Counted from the stretch's first letter, positions 1 to 12,292 are shown. The stretch is DNA of 32,000 nucleotides from Candidatus Makana argininalis (GCA_051307355.1 JBPPLQ010000001.1:173644-205643), one strand, 5' to 3'. Notes: a model not told the origin generated them from the sequence alone. Numbers and translations are program-made.

Positions 1-1182
1 ATAACAGATATAGAAGATAAAATAATTTTTAAATCTATTAAATATAAAAAATCTTATAAGGTTATTTCAAATAATATGATTAATGAAATGAAAATAGATT
101 TTGATAAACTTAAAATTATTAGACCAAATTACGAACCTAAAGTAACAGATTATATAAATTTAATAATTAAATTTATAATAAAACTTTTAAATAAAAATCA
201 TGCTTATATATTAAGAAATGGTGATGTCGTTTTTAGTATAAAAACATATAAAAATTATGGTACATTATCTAAACAAAATTTATCAAAATTAAATTCAAAA
301 GATAACATTGAAAATAATATTTTTAAAAAAAATATTTTAGATTTTGTTTTGTGGAAAATATGTAATAAAAATGAACCAGGTTGGATTTCACCATGGGGTT
401 ATGGTAGACCAGGTTGGCATATTGAATGTTCGACTATTAAATTAATTTTAGGATATAATTTTGATATTCATGGTGGTGGTTCTGATTTAATATTTCCACA
501 TCATGAAAATGAAATTGCACAATCTAATTGTATATATAATAAAAATTGCATTGGTAAATGGATACATACTGGTATTTTACTTATAAATAAAAAAAAAATG
601 TCAAAATCTAAAAATAATTTTTTTTATATTAAAGATATTATCAAAAAATATAATTATGAAATAATAAGATATTTTCTAATTTCTAATCATTATAGAAGTA
701 AATTTTACTATAAAGAAGAAAATATTAAAGAATTTAGTAAATCACTCAAAAGTTTATATTTTTCATTAAAAGATACTAATACAAGTGTAAATAATAATTT
801 ATGTGATAAATTTATATTACAATTTCATAAAGCAATGGATGATGATTTTAATGTTCCTGCTGCATACGCAGTTTTATTTAAAATATCAAATAAAATAAAT
901 AAATTAAAAAAAAGTAATTCAAAAAAAATAAATAAAATGGCTTCAACATTAAAAATGTTAGGAAATATATTAGGTTTATTAGAACAAGATCCTTATATTT
1001 TTTTAAAAAATAAAAATAATAAACAATATAACAAATTCTATATATTAAAATTAATTAAAAAAAGAAATTTAGCACGTAAAAATAAAAAATGGTATATTTC
1101 TGATAATATTAGAAATCAACTTTATAGTATTGGTGTAATCTTAGAAGATGAAAAAGAAAAAACAAATTGGTATATTGTTTAA
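1..1182 (+). CDS. cysS: cysteine--tRNA ligase (CysRS), 5' end cut by the window edge
   Basis: Frame 1 is open from base 1 (ITDIEDKIIFKS...), so the ORF-track start at 76 is internal. The product is collinear with E. coli CysS from about residue 90 to the C-terminus. Matching motifs: 'SPWGYGRPGWHIECS', 'FDIHGGGSDLIFPHHENEIAQS', KMSKS loop 'KMSKS', 'AMDDDFNVP', 'LEDEKEKTNW'. Stop codon TAA at 1180-1182. Confidence 0.95.
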   Translation: MTDIEDKIIFKSIKYKKSYKVISNNMINEMKIDFDKLKIIRPNYEPKVTDYINLIIKFIIKLLNKNHAYILRNGDVVFSIKTYKNYGTLSKQNLSKLNSKDNIENNIFKKNILDFVLWKICNKNEPGWISPWGYGRPGWHIECSTIKLILGYNFDIHGGGSDLIFPHHENEIAQSNCIYNKNCIGKWIHTGILLINKKKMSKSKNNFFYIKDIIKKYNYEIIRYFLISNHYRSKFYYKEENIKEFSKSLKSLYFSLKDTNTSVNNNLCDKFILQFHKAMDDDFNVPAAYAVLFKISNKINKLKKSNSKKINKMASTLKMLGNILGLLEQDPYIFLKNKNNKQYNKFYILKLIKKRNLARKNKKWYISDNIRNQLYSIGVILEDEKEKTNWYIV

Positions 1183-1203
1183 TAAAATTCTTTATATTAA
1201 TTT

Positions 1204-1527
1204 CTAAATTAAAATTAAACCATTTTTTAAAATTTTTTTTAAATTTCCATTATGATATAAATCATTCATTATATCAAATCCTCCAATAAGTTTACTATTA
1301 ATCCAAATTTGAGGAAAAGTGGGCCATTTAGAAAACAAAGGTAATTCTAAACGAATATCAGGATTTTCTAAAATATTAATATATTGAAAATTAATGCCAG
1401 AACAAATTAAATAATTTAATGATTTTTCTGAAAAAAAACACATATGTGATATTGGTGAACCTTTCATATAAATAATTATATAATTTTTTTTTATTTGCTT
1501 TTTAATTTTTACAATAACTTTATTCAA
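1204..1527 (-). CDS. grxD: monothiol glutaredoxin (Grx4 family) with a variant active site
   Basis: 107 aa, collinear with E. coli Grx4. Matching motifs: 'YMKGSP', 'ILENPDIRLELPLFSKWPTFPQIWINSKLIGGFDI'. The expected CGFS motif reads CFFS (TGT TTT TTT TCA, codons at 1440..1429). Stop codon TAG. Confidence 0.85.
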   Translation of the reverse strand: MNKVIVKIKKQIKKNYIIIYMKGSPISHMCFFSEKSLNYLICSGINFQYINILENPDIRLELPLFSKWPTFPQIWINSKLIGGFDIMNDLYHNGNLKKILKNGLILI

Positions 1528-1630
1528 TTTAAAAATCCTTTACTTTATTTTTAATTTGTTATTTAATATTAATAAATATATATATGACATATTGATTATA
1601 TATAATACATATTTTAAAATATAATTAAAA

Positions 1631-1704
1631 GGCCCTTTAGCTCAGTTGGTTAGAGCGGGCGACTCATAATCGCTAGGTCACTGGTTCGAACCCGGTAAGG
1701 GCCA
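1631..1704 (+). tRNA. ileX: tRNA-Ile2 (anticodon CAU, lysidine-modified AUA reader)
   Basis: Cloverleaf with acceptor stem GGCCCTT/AAGGGCC, anticodon loop CT-CAT-AA and T-arm GGTTCGAACCC. The anticodon stem-loop GGCGACTCATAATCGCT and the 5' half match E. coli ileX as I remember it. They do not match elongator tRNA-Met (CATCACTCATAATGATG). No CCA is encoded. An Ile2 versus Met assignment from sequence alone is not certain. Confidence 0.75.
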
Positions 1705-1725
1705 TTAGTAATTTTTTTAAAAATA

Positions 1726-3162
1726 TTAAATTTTAATCCATGTAATTTTAAATTTTATTTTAAAATTTATATGAGATCCTTCATTAGTAATAAATATCCC
1801 AGGAGCTGTAATAAGCTTATTATTATAAAATAATAATGGTATTTTATTTCTATACCATATAGGAATATTATAACTTTTCCAAATCTTATTTAAACGAAGA
1901 CCATGTTTTTTTCCTACTAGATATATTAACTTATCATTATATGTATATCTAATTGATATAAATTCATTAATGATAGGAGGTCTGACAAAAGATACAAAAA
2001 TTTTATTTTTTATAAAATTAAATTTTTTAAAATTTAATTTTATAAAATTATTATATTTTTTATATTTTGTGTATTTATAATTTATTTTTTTTTTTATTAT
2101 ACCTAAATTAAAAGGTAATATAATTATATTATGTTTATAATTCCAAAATAATATAAAATTTTTAAATATAGATATATTTGTATTAGTAATATATAAATTA
2201 TTATTAAATTTTTTTATCTCTTTATTTTGATCAATTTTTATTTTTGCAAATGAATGATTTTTACTATTAATTATTTCTTTCCAAATAAAATATAATTTTT
2301 TAACAGAAGGCATTTGTATACTAAATGTTAAAAACCATTTTCTTAGCAAAGCAAACACTTTTATTATATTCATTTTTAATAATTTATTTAAAATCATTGA
2401 TCCATTAATTTGAATTATATCATGATAGTCTTTATTAATAAGATCATGAATTAAATTTTCTTGAAAATAACAAAGTTTACAACTACGATTTGATGTAAAA
2501 TAAAATGAAGGCCATCTTTTTTTAATCATAGGTAATATTTTTATACGTAAAAAATTACGATCAAATGTAATTTGATTATTACTTACATCTTCTAACCATG
2601 TTAAATTATAATATAAAGCATATTTATGTAATTTATCTCTATCTATATTAATCATTGGTCTTATTAACAAACTATTATTAAATTTTGAATACATTGAAAT
2701 ACCCGACATTCCAGTAGGACCACTACCTCGTTTTATAGATAATAACAAAGTCTCAATTTGATCATTAAGATGATGAGCTGTAAGTAATACTTCATTTTTA
2801 AGCATATTTTTATATATTAATTTATATCTAGCTTTTCTAAATGAAGCTTCTATTCCATCTGATATATTTGTAATAATAATTTTATCAGTAATAAATTTAA
2901 TATTAAGTTTTTTACATTCTTTATAACAATGATTTAAAAAAATATTATTATTATTATTTATATTATGTTGAATATAAATAGCTCTAATAAAAATTTTTTT
3001 ATTATTTTTTTTAAATTTATTTTTTAAATTTATATAATTAATAATATTTAATAAAACTGTTGAATCTAACCCTCCACTAAAAGCAAGTAAAATATATTTG
3101 AAATTTTTAATATTATTAATTATCTTATTTCTTAATAATTTAATATTATTTATATTATTCAT
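1726..3162 (-). CDS. tilS: tRNA(Ile)-lysidine synthase
   Basis: 478 aa. N-terminal PP-loop 'AFSGGLDSTVLL', then 'LLTAHHLNDQIETLLL' and 'RPMINIDRDKL', typical of TilS/MesJ. ATG start at 3162. Confidence 0.9.
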   Translation of the reverse strand: MNNINNIKLLRNKIINNIKNFKYILLAFSGGLDSTVLLNIINYINLKNKFKKNNKKIFIRAIYIQHNINNNNNIFLNHCYKECKKLNIKFITDKIIITNISDGIEASFRKARYKLIYKNMLKNEVLLTAHHLNDQIETLLLSIKRGSGPTGMSGISMYSKFNNSLLIRPMINIDRDKLHKYALYYNLTWLEDVSNNQITFDRNFLRIKILPMIKKRWPSFYFTSNRSCKLCYFQENLIHDLINKDYHDIIQINGSMILNKLLKMNIIKVFALLRKWFLTFSIQMPSVKKLYFIWKEIINSKNHSFAKIKIDQNKEIKKFNNNLYITNTNISIFKNFILFWNYKHNIIILPFNLGIIKKKINYKYTKYKKYNNFIKLNFKKFNFIKNKIFVSFVRPPIINEFISIRYTYNDKLIYLVGKKHGLRLNKIWKSYNIPIWYRNKIPLLFYNNKLITAPGIFITNEGSHINFKIKFKITWIKI

Positions 3163-3194
3163 ATGTTTTTAATAATTTTTTATAAATTTAAGTA

Positions 3195-4658
3195 TTATAA
3201 AATTGGACTTAAAAAGTAAAATAATGTTTCGATTATTTTTTTCCAATACGGTCTTTTATACCAAACATTATATTTTATAATAATTGATTTAGAAAAATAA
3301 TATTTTTGAATTTTGTATAAATTATTAACAAAATTTACATCTGTAATTAATAAAGTTATTTCAAAATTTAAAAATATACTTCTAATATCTAAATTTAAAG
3401 TTCCAATTAAACTAATTTTTTTATCTACAACAATACTTTTTGTATGAATAAAACCATAATTAAATTGATATATTGTAACACCTGATTTTAATAATTCTTC
3501 ATAATAATAATTACTAGTCCATTTTACTAAAATAGAATCATTATTAAATGGTAATGTAATTCGTACATCTACACCTCTTTGAGAAACTGTGCAAATAGCA
3601 TTAATTAAATCATTAGTTGGTATAAAATATGGAGTTGTTATAAATAAACATTTTTTTGCAGAATAAATATATGTTAATAATATTTTATGTATTGAATTTT
3701 CTGAAAAATCAGGATATGAAGCAATTAATTGAATTATATTATATGAAGAATAATGAAAAGGTAAAATATTAAAATTAAAATTTTTAGATAAAATATCTTC
3801 GTTTGTTTCTATTTTCCAATCTAAAGAAAATATAATACTAATTGCTTTTGAAATAACTCCTTCCATACGAACCATTATATCAATTAATTTTCCAAATTTA
3901 TATTTTTTTTTAAAACATTGAGGATCTATCATATTCATACTTCCAGTATAAGAAATATAATTATCAATTATGACAATTTTTCTGTGTTGTCTTATATCAC
4001 ATCTTTTTAAAAAAAAATTTAAAATATTAATATTCAAAGCTTCAATTATATAAATTCCTGATAATCTCATTTTTAAAAAATAATAACTTTTTAAAAAAGA
4101 TAAACTACCTATAAAATCAATAATTAATCGACATTTTACGCCTCTATTTGAAGCAAATATTAGAGCTTCTGATACTTTATTAACTAAACCTCCTATATGC
4201 CAAATATAAAATATCATTTCAATTTTTTTTTTAGCCATGTTTATATCTATAATTAAAGATTTTAATATATTGTGAGAATTAGTAATTAAATTTATTCTTT
4301 TAAATTTAAATGAACTTATACCTTTAATATTTTTACATAATTTAAATATGTAAATATAAAATTTTTTTATTTTATTAATTTTTTTAAAATGAAATTTTAT
4401 TTTAATATTTGTAATTAACTTTAAAGTTTTAAAAAAAAAATATTTAATTCTATAATTTATTATAATTCCTAATTTAATTTCTCCAAATAAAATATAGTAA
4501 ATAATACCTAATATAGGTAAAACATATAAAATTATTATAAATAATATAAAATAATGTAATGAACGACGTTTTATTATTAATTTCAATAAAATTATTAATA
4601 TTAAAAATAAATAAAATACAATAAATAATTTATTTATTAAATTTAAAAATGTTTTCAT
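3195..4658 (-). CDS. clsA: cardiolipin synthase A
   Basis: 487 aa, collinear with E. coli ClsA (486 aa). It has two N-terminal TM segments and two HKD motifs ('HRKIVIIDNYISYTGSMNM' and 'HTKSIVVDKKISLIGTLNLDIRS'). The C-terminus 'LFYFLSPIL' matches E. coli 'LFYFFSPLL'. Confidence 0.92.
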   Translation of the reverse strand: MKTFLNLINKLFIVFYLFLILIILLKLIIKRRSLHYFILFIIILYVLPILGIIYYILFGEIKLGIIINYRIKYFFFKTLKLITNIKIKFHFKKINKIKKFYIYIFKLCKNIKGISSFKFKRINLITNSHNILKSLIIDINMAKKKIEMIFYIWHIGGLVNKVSEALIFASNRGVKCRLIIDFIGSLSFLKSYYFLKMRLSGIYIIEALNINILNFFLKRCDIRQHRKIVIIDNYISYTGSMNMIDPQCFKKKYKFGKLIDIMVRMEGVISKAISIIFSLDWKIETNEDILSKNFNFNILPFHYSSYNIIQLIASYPDFSENSIHKILLTYIYSAKKCLFITTPYFIPTNDLINAICTVSQRGVDVRITLPFNNDSILVKWTSNYYYEELLKSGVTIYQFNYGFIHTKSIVVDKKISLIGTLNLDIRSIFLNFEITLLITDVNFVNNLYKIQKYYFSKSIIIKYNVWYKRPYWKKIIETLFYFLSPIL

Positions 4659-4799
4659 TTTAGTAAAAATATATAAATTAAATATTTAAAAAATTTATAT
4701 TTTAATAAATTAAAAAATATTTATTAATTATTAAATATATAAAATTTATTTATTAAAAAATAAAAAATTTAAAAAATATAAATATTAAGATTTATTAAT

Positions 4800-6182
4800 T
4801 TATTTCCCTATACAAAATTTAGAAAAAATATCTTTAATTAAATTATTAGATTTAAATTTTCCTAAAATATGATTTAAATATTTATGACATAACATCAATT
4901 CTTCTGCAATTAATTCATATGAATTATTATTTTTAATATGATTTTTACAATTTAATAAACAAATATAACTTTTTTCTAATAAATATAAATGTCTTCTTCT
5001 AGATATAAAAATACCTTCATCATTTGTATTATTTAACATTATATTTTTTAAATGATTTTTTAAAATATTAATACCTGATTCAATGTCATATTTAGTAGAT
5101 AAGTGTATAGTTGTATAATTTTCATTATTAATGATAACATTTTTAATGCATATTTTTTTTTTATTTATATCAGATTTATTAAAAATAATAGTTATTTCAC
5201 TATTACATTTAATAAATTCCTTTATTTTTTTAAATATTATATTTTTACTGATATCTATATTTTTATTGGAATCAAATAACAATAATATATGATTTGCACT
5301 TTTTATTTCATTCCAAGTTCTACTAATGCCTATTTTTTCTATTTTATTTTTAGTAAATCTTATTCCAGCAGTATCAATTAAATTTATTACTAATTCATCA
5401 ATTTTAATATATTCATGAATTATATCTCTAGTTGTTCCTTTTATTTCAGTTACTATAGATATTTCTTTTTTAGATAATAAGTTAAATAAACTTGATTTTC
5501 CAACATTACTTTCTCCTACTATAACGGTATTTATTCCTTCTCTTAATATAATTCCATTTTTAGATTCATTTTTTAATTTATTTATTAAAGATATTATATA
5601 ATTAATATTATTTTCAATTTCATTTAAATCAACAATATCAATATTTTGATCTGAAAAATCTATTGAAGCTTCGATTTTTATTCTTAAATTATTTATAGTT
5701 TTTATTATATTATTAATATATAAAGAAAAATCACCTTTAATAGAATTAATAGCACATTTTACAGCTGTGATTGAATTAGCATTAATTATATCATATATAG
5801 CTTCTGCTTGAATTAAATCTATTTTTTCATTTATAAAAGCTCTTTCAGAAAACTCTCCAGGATTAGCAATACGAATACCTTTTATAGATATAACACATTT
5901 TAATAACATGTCTAATACTATTTGACCGCCGTGTCCTTGTAATTCTAAAACATCCTCTCCTGTATAAGAGTTAGGTTTAGAATAAAATATAGCAATACCT
6001 TTATCAATTAATTTTCCATGTAAATCAAAAAAAGATAAATATTCAGCTAAACGATTAGATGGAATTTTTTTTAAAATTAAATATGCTACTTTTTTAGTTA
6101 AATTTCCAGAAATTCTTATAATACCAATACTTCCATTTCCTGGAGGTGTAGAAAAAGCAGCTATAGTATCTAAATTTGTCAA
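4800..6182 (-). CDS. mnmE: tRNA modification GTPase MnmE
   Basis: 460 aa. N-terminus 'DTIAAFSTPPGNGSIGIIRISG'. G-domain motifs 'GESNVGKSSLFN', 'DTAG', 'NKSD'. C-terminal 'FCIGK'. The start appears to be TTG at 6182, preceded by AGGA about 8 nt upstream. Confidence 0.93.
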   Translation of the reverse strand: MTNLDTIAAFSTPPGNGSIGIIRISGNLTKKVAYLILKKIPSNRLAEYLSFFDLHGKLIDKGIAIFYSKPNSYTGEDVLELQGHGGQIVLDMLLKCVISIKGIRIANPGEFSERAFINEKIDLIQAEAIYDIINANSITAVKCAINSIKGDFSLYINNIIKTINNLRIKIEASIDFSDQNIDIVDLNEIENNINYIISLINKLKNESKNGIILREGINTVIVGESNVGKSSLFNLLSKKEISIVTEIKGTTRDIIHEYIKIDELVINLIDTAGIRFTKNKIEKIGISRTWNEIKSANHILLLFDSNKNIDISKNIIFKKIKEFIKCNSEITIIFNKSDINKKKICIKNVIINNENYTTIHLSTKYDIESGINILKNHLKNIMLNNTNDEGIFISRRRHLYLLEKSYICLLNCKNHIKNNNSYELIAEELMLCHKYLNHILGKFKSNNLIKDIFSKFCIGK

Positions 6183-6269
6183 TTTTATTTTCCTATATGA
6201 TTTAAATAATAAAATTAATTATTTTAATAAAATAAAATATTTAAAAATAAATTTAAATATTTATTTTAA

Positions 6270-7858
6270 TCAAAAATTAATAAAAAATTTTTGATGTAAA
6301 ATAGTCAATAGATTATTAACAATATAATAAATAACTAAACCAGAAGGAAGACATAAAAAAAATAATGTAAAAATTATTGGAATAAAATTTATATTTTTGT
6401 TTTTATTTAAATTATAATTTTTATTAGGATATGTTTTTTGAACAAAAAAACTAGTAATTCCCATTAATATAGGAAGAACATAAAAAGGATCATATGAAGA
6501 TAAATCTTTTATCCAGAAAATAAAATTAGCATGTCTTAATTCAATAGAATATATAATCATATAATATAAAGATAGAAAAATAGGCATTTGAATTATAATA
6601 GATAAAAATCCTCCAAATGGATTTATTTTTTCTTTTTTATATAATTTAATTATATTTTTTCTTTGTTCATTTTTATAATTTTTAAACTTTTTATTAATCT
6701 TATTTATTTTAGGTTGTAGTAAACTCATTTTATCAATATATGTATATTGAATTTTATTAACTGGGTATAAAATTATACGAACTATGAATGTAATTAATAT
6801 TAAAGAAATTCCAAAATTGTTTGTATATTTATTAATTAATTTTAATATATTTAATAATAATTTAGATATAAACCAAAAATGACCATAATCAACAGTTAAT
6901 CCTAAATTTTTAGATATTGATGACATTTTGTTAATAAATTTAGGACCAATCCATAAAATTGAATTAAATTTTTTTTTTTTTTCAGAATTTATAATAAAAT
7001 TATTTGATTTATATCCTATATAAGCGTTACCATTTATTGAATTTCTTGTATAAAATATTTTATCACCATGTATTTTTGGTATCCAACATGAAGCAAAATA
7101 TCTTTGCATCATTGTTATCCAGCCATGTTTTGTTTTTAATAAAAGATTAGATTTTTTAATATCATCAAAACTATACTTTTTATATTTAAATTTATCTGTA
7201 GAAAATGATGCACCTCTGTAAATATTATTTATGCATTTTTTAGTATTATTTATTATGTTTTTTCTTTTATCAATAGTTTGTTTTAATTGAAATATTAATT
7301 TAATTTTAATAGGATGATTGCTATAATTATTTATTTTATAATTAACATTAACTGAAAATTTATTTCTGTGAAAAATAAATGTTTTTTTATATATAATTCC
7401 ATTTTTAGATATATAAATCATAGGTACTATTATTTTATTTTGAAATTTGTTTAATTGATAAATACTATTAATTGTTTTGTAACAAGGTCGATTATTTATA
7501 ATATTATCTAATCCATTTTTACCTATTATTCCACTTTGTGCTTTATATACAAATACTGGAGATGTTTTTAATAGATTAAAATATTTCAATGATTTTAATG
7601 TTTTAGGATATGATAATAATGATACTTTTTCAATATCTCCTCCAATATTATTTATTTTTACTAAAAGTATATCTGTTTTAATAATAGTTAATTTTTTATT
7701 TTTAGAAAAATAACTTTTTTTATGTTTTATATAATTATTATCAATACTATTATTAGTTATTAAATTTGACTTAAATTTATAATTGTAATTAACATATTTA
7801 AAAAAAAATAAAAAAAAAATAATATTGAAATTATTATAAAATATTTTTTAAAATTCAT
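6270..7858 (-). CDS. yidC: membrane protein insertase YidC; reading frame interrupted near the 5' end
   Basis: The main frame is open from 7847 down to the stop at 6270 and is collinear with E. coli YidC. Matching motifs: 'KTDILLVKINNIGGDIEKVSLLSYPK', 'TSPVFVYKAQSG', 'LTVDYGHFWFIS', 'GGFLSIIIQMPIFLSLYYM', 'PSGLVIYYIVNNL'. It has no ATG/GTG/TTG upstream of the ORF-track TTG at 7589. A signal-anchor-like start (ATG 7858: MNFKKYFIIISILFFFYFFLNMLITIINLSQI*, stop 7762-7760) lies in another frame. The two frames overlap across a T10-A-T9 tract (sense strand; 7800-7819). Confidence 0.85.
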
Positions 7859-7974
7859 ATTTATTTTCTCTATAATTAATAATCATAATTATGATATATT
7901 TTTTAAATTTAAAATATAAAAAAATTAAATTTTTAAATATTTATTATATGTAATTTTATTAAAAACTTTTGATA

Positions 7975-8322
7975 TTATTTTTTATTAAAATTAATCCATA
8001 TTTTATTTATTAATTTATTAATATCATTATTTTTAAAAATAGATATTTTTTTTTTAATTATTAATATAATATCAATATATGGTAAATAATTTTTATTAAT
8101 TCTAAAATTTTCACGTATTAATCTTTTAATTCTATTTCTTTTGTATGACATTTTTATTTGTTTTTTTGATATTAAAAAACCAATACGAGGATAATTTAAT
8201 TTGTTAGATTTGCTTAATATTTTTATATAAATTGTATTATATACTTTAGGTTTGTTAAACACAAATGCAAAATGCTTAAATTTAATTAAACGAAATTTTT
8301 TTTTAAAATTAAATTTATTCAA
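7975..8322 (-). CDS. rnpA: ribonuclease P protein component
   Basis: 115 aa basic protein directly downstream of rpmH. 'FRLIKFKHFAFVFNKPK' aligns with E. coli 'LRLLTPSQFTFVFQQPQ'. The RNR motif region is 'KRNRIKRLIRENFR'. The start as called is TTG at 8322, 3 nt after the rpmH stop. Confidence 0.88.
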   Translation of the reverse strand: MNKFNFKKKFRLIKFKHFAFVFNKPKVYNTIYIKILSKSNKLNYPRIGFLISKKQIKMSYKRNRIKRLIRENFRINKNYLPYIDIILIIKKKISIFKNNDINKLINKIWINFNKK

Positions 8323-8324
8323 AA

Positions 8325-8483
8325 TTATTTTCTATTTTTATTATTACACGAAACTGTTAATTTTATTCTTTTTTTGAAACGACGACGTGATAATATTTTT
8401 CTACCTCCATTTGTAGACATTCTAGAACGAAAACCATGCCTACGGTTTCTTTTTAAGATTGATGGCTGAAATGTTCTTTTCAT
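8325..8483 (-). CDS. rpmH: 50S ribosomal protein L34
   Basis: Not in the ORF track because it is too short. Manual translation from ATG 8483 gives [52 protein letters not shown]. This matches E. coli L34 ([46 protein letters not shown]). Stop codon TAA at 8327-8325. Confidence 0.93.
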   Translation of the reverse strand: MKRTFQPSILKRNRRHGFRSRMSTNGGRKILSRRRFKKRIKLTVSCNNKNRK

Positions 8484-8689
8484 TTATATTTACCTATTTT
8501 AAAATTAAAATATTAATATTAATAATATAATAAAATATTTAATATATTAAATCAAAATTTATATTTTTAATATATAATTCAATATTATTTTAAATAAAAT
8601 TTTTTAAATAATATAAATACTGTTTTATTTAATAAATATAAAAAATTTAATTATTTTTAAACTTCACTTAAAAAATTATTTTTATTATT

Positions 8690-9790
8690 ATGAAATTTAT
8701 AATTGATCGTAACGTTTTACTCAAACCTTTACAACAAGTAATTAAACCTATAATTAATAAACCTAAATTACCTATATTAAATAATATATTATTACAAGTT
8801 AAAAAAAATTATTTAATTTTAACAGGAACTGATTTAGATATAGAAATTTCTGCAACTGTGAATCTTAAAAAGGTTTATATAATAGGATCTATTACCGTTC
8901 CAGCATTAAAATTTTTTGATATTTTTAAAAAATTACCTAATCAGTCTGAAGTTAAAATTAAAATTAAAAAAGATTTATTAAAAATAAAATATGAAAAAAT
9001 TGTTTATTATCTTTCTACTATTCCTTCTGATAATTTTCCAATAATAAAATTTATAAAATCAAATGTAGAATTAAATTTATGTCAATCAAATTTTAAAAAA
9101 TTAATTGAATCAGTAAATTTTTCTATGGCAAATCAAGATGTACGTTATTATTTAAATGGTATGTTATTTGAAACTAAAGATAATTATTTTAATATGGTAA
9201 CAACAGATGGACATCGTTTATCTTTTGGTTCATGTTTAATTAAAAAAAAAATAAATTTTAATTCTTCTATAATACCAAGAAAAGGAATAATAGTTTTATA
9301 TAGATTATTAGATAATAATGATATTTTATTAAATATTAAAATAGGAGATAACCATATTATAGTAAAAAGAGAAAATTACACTTTTATTTCAAAAAAAATA
9401 GATGGAAAATTTCCAAATTATCAAGAAGTTATACCTTCAAATTATAATAAAAAAATAATAGTAAATAATAAATTATTACAAGAAGCTTTGTCTCGTGCAT
9501 CGATTATATCAAATGAAAAATTTAATATAGTTAATTTTTTATTTAAAGAAAATAAACTTAAAATTAATGCTAATAATACATGTAAAGAAAAATCTGAAGA
9601 AGTAATTAAAATAATATATAATGGTAATGACATAAAAATTAGTTTTAATGTTAATTATATTCTAGATGTTCTTTATTCATTAAAATGTAAATTAATAAAA
9701 ATATTTATCATTGATGAAAAATCATGTATTAAAATAGAAGATAATCTATCTTCTTTGTTTTGTTATGTTATTATGCCTATAATTTTATAA
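8690..9790 (+). CDS. dnaN: DNA polymerase III beta sliding clamp
   Basis: 366 aa, the same length as E. coli DnaN. Matching motifs: 'MKFIIDRNVLLKPLQQV', 'PILNNILLQV', 'LTGTDLDIEI', 'QDVRYYLNGMLFE', 'TDGHRL', 'DGKFPNYQEVIP', C-terminal 'YVIMPIIL'. Confidence 0.95.
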   Translation: MKFIIDRNVLLKPLQQVIKPIINKPKLPILNNILLQVKKNYLILTGTDLDIEISATVNLKKVYIIGSITVPALKFFDIFKKLPNQSEVKIKIKKDLLKIKYEKIVYYLSTIPSDNFPIIKFIKSNVELNLCQSNFKKLIESVNFSMANQDVRYYLNGMLFETKDNYFNMVTTDGHRLSFGSCLIKKKINFNSSIIPRKGIIVLYRLLDNNDILLNIKIGDNHIIVKRENYTFISKKIDGKFPNYQEVIPSNYNKKIIVNNKLLQEALSRASIISNEKFNIVNFLFKENKLKINANNTCKEKSEEVIKIIYNGNDIKISFNVNYILDVLYSLKCKLIKIFIIDEKSCIKIEDNLSSLFCYVIMPIIL

Positions 9791-9871
9791 TTTTTAAATA
9801 CAATATACATTATATAATATTTTATTATTATTAAAAATAAAATTTTTTAAAAATATGAATATTAAATTTAA

Positions 9872-12292
<2,421 letters not shown>

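Noticed and set aside
8484-8689. DnaA boxes or a decayed dnaA remnant in the rpmH-dnaN spacer
   Set aside because: There is no TTATCCACA-like 9-mer on either strand. 206 bp is far too short for a remnant, and nothing translatable resembles DnaA.
9442-9633. 63-aa minus-strand ORF inside dnaN
   Set aside because: It is antisense to a well-supported CDS. The product is low-complexity and Leu/Ile/Phe-rich, as expected by chance in AT-rich DNA, with no recognisable motif.
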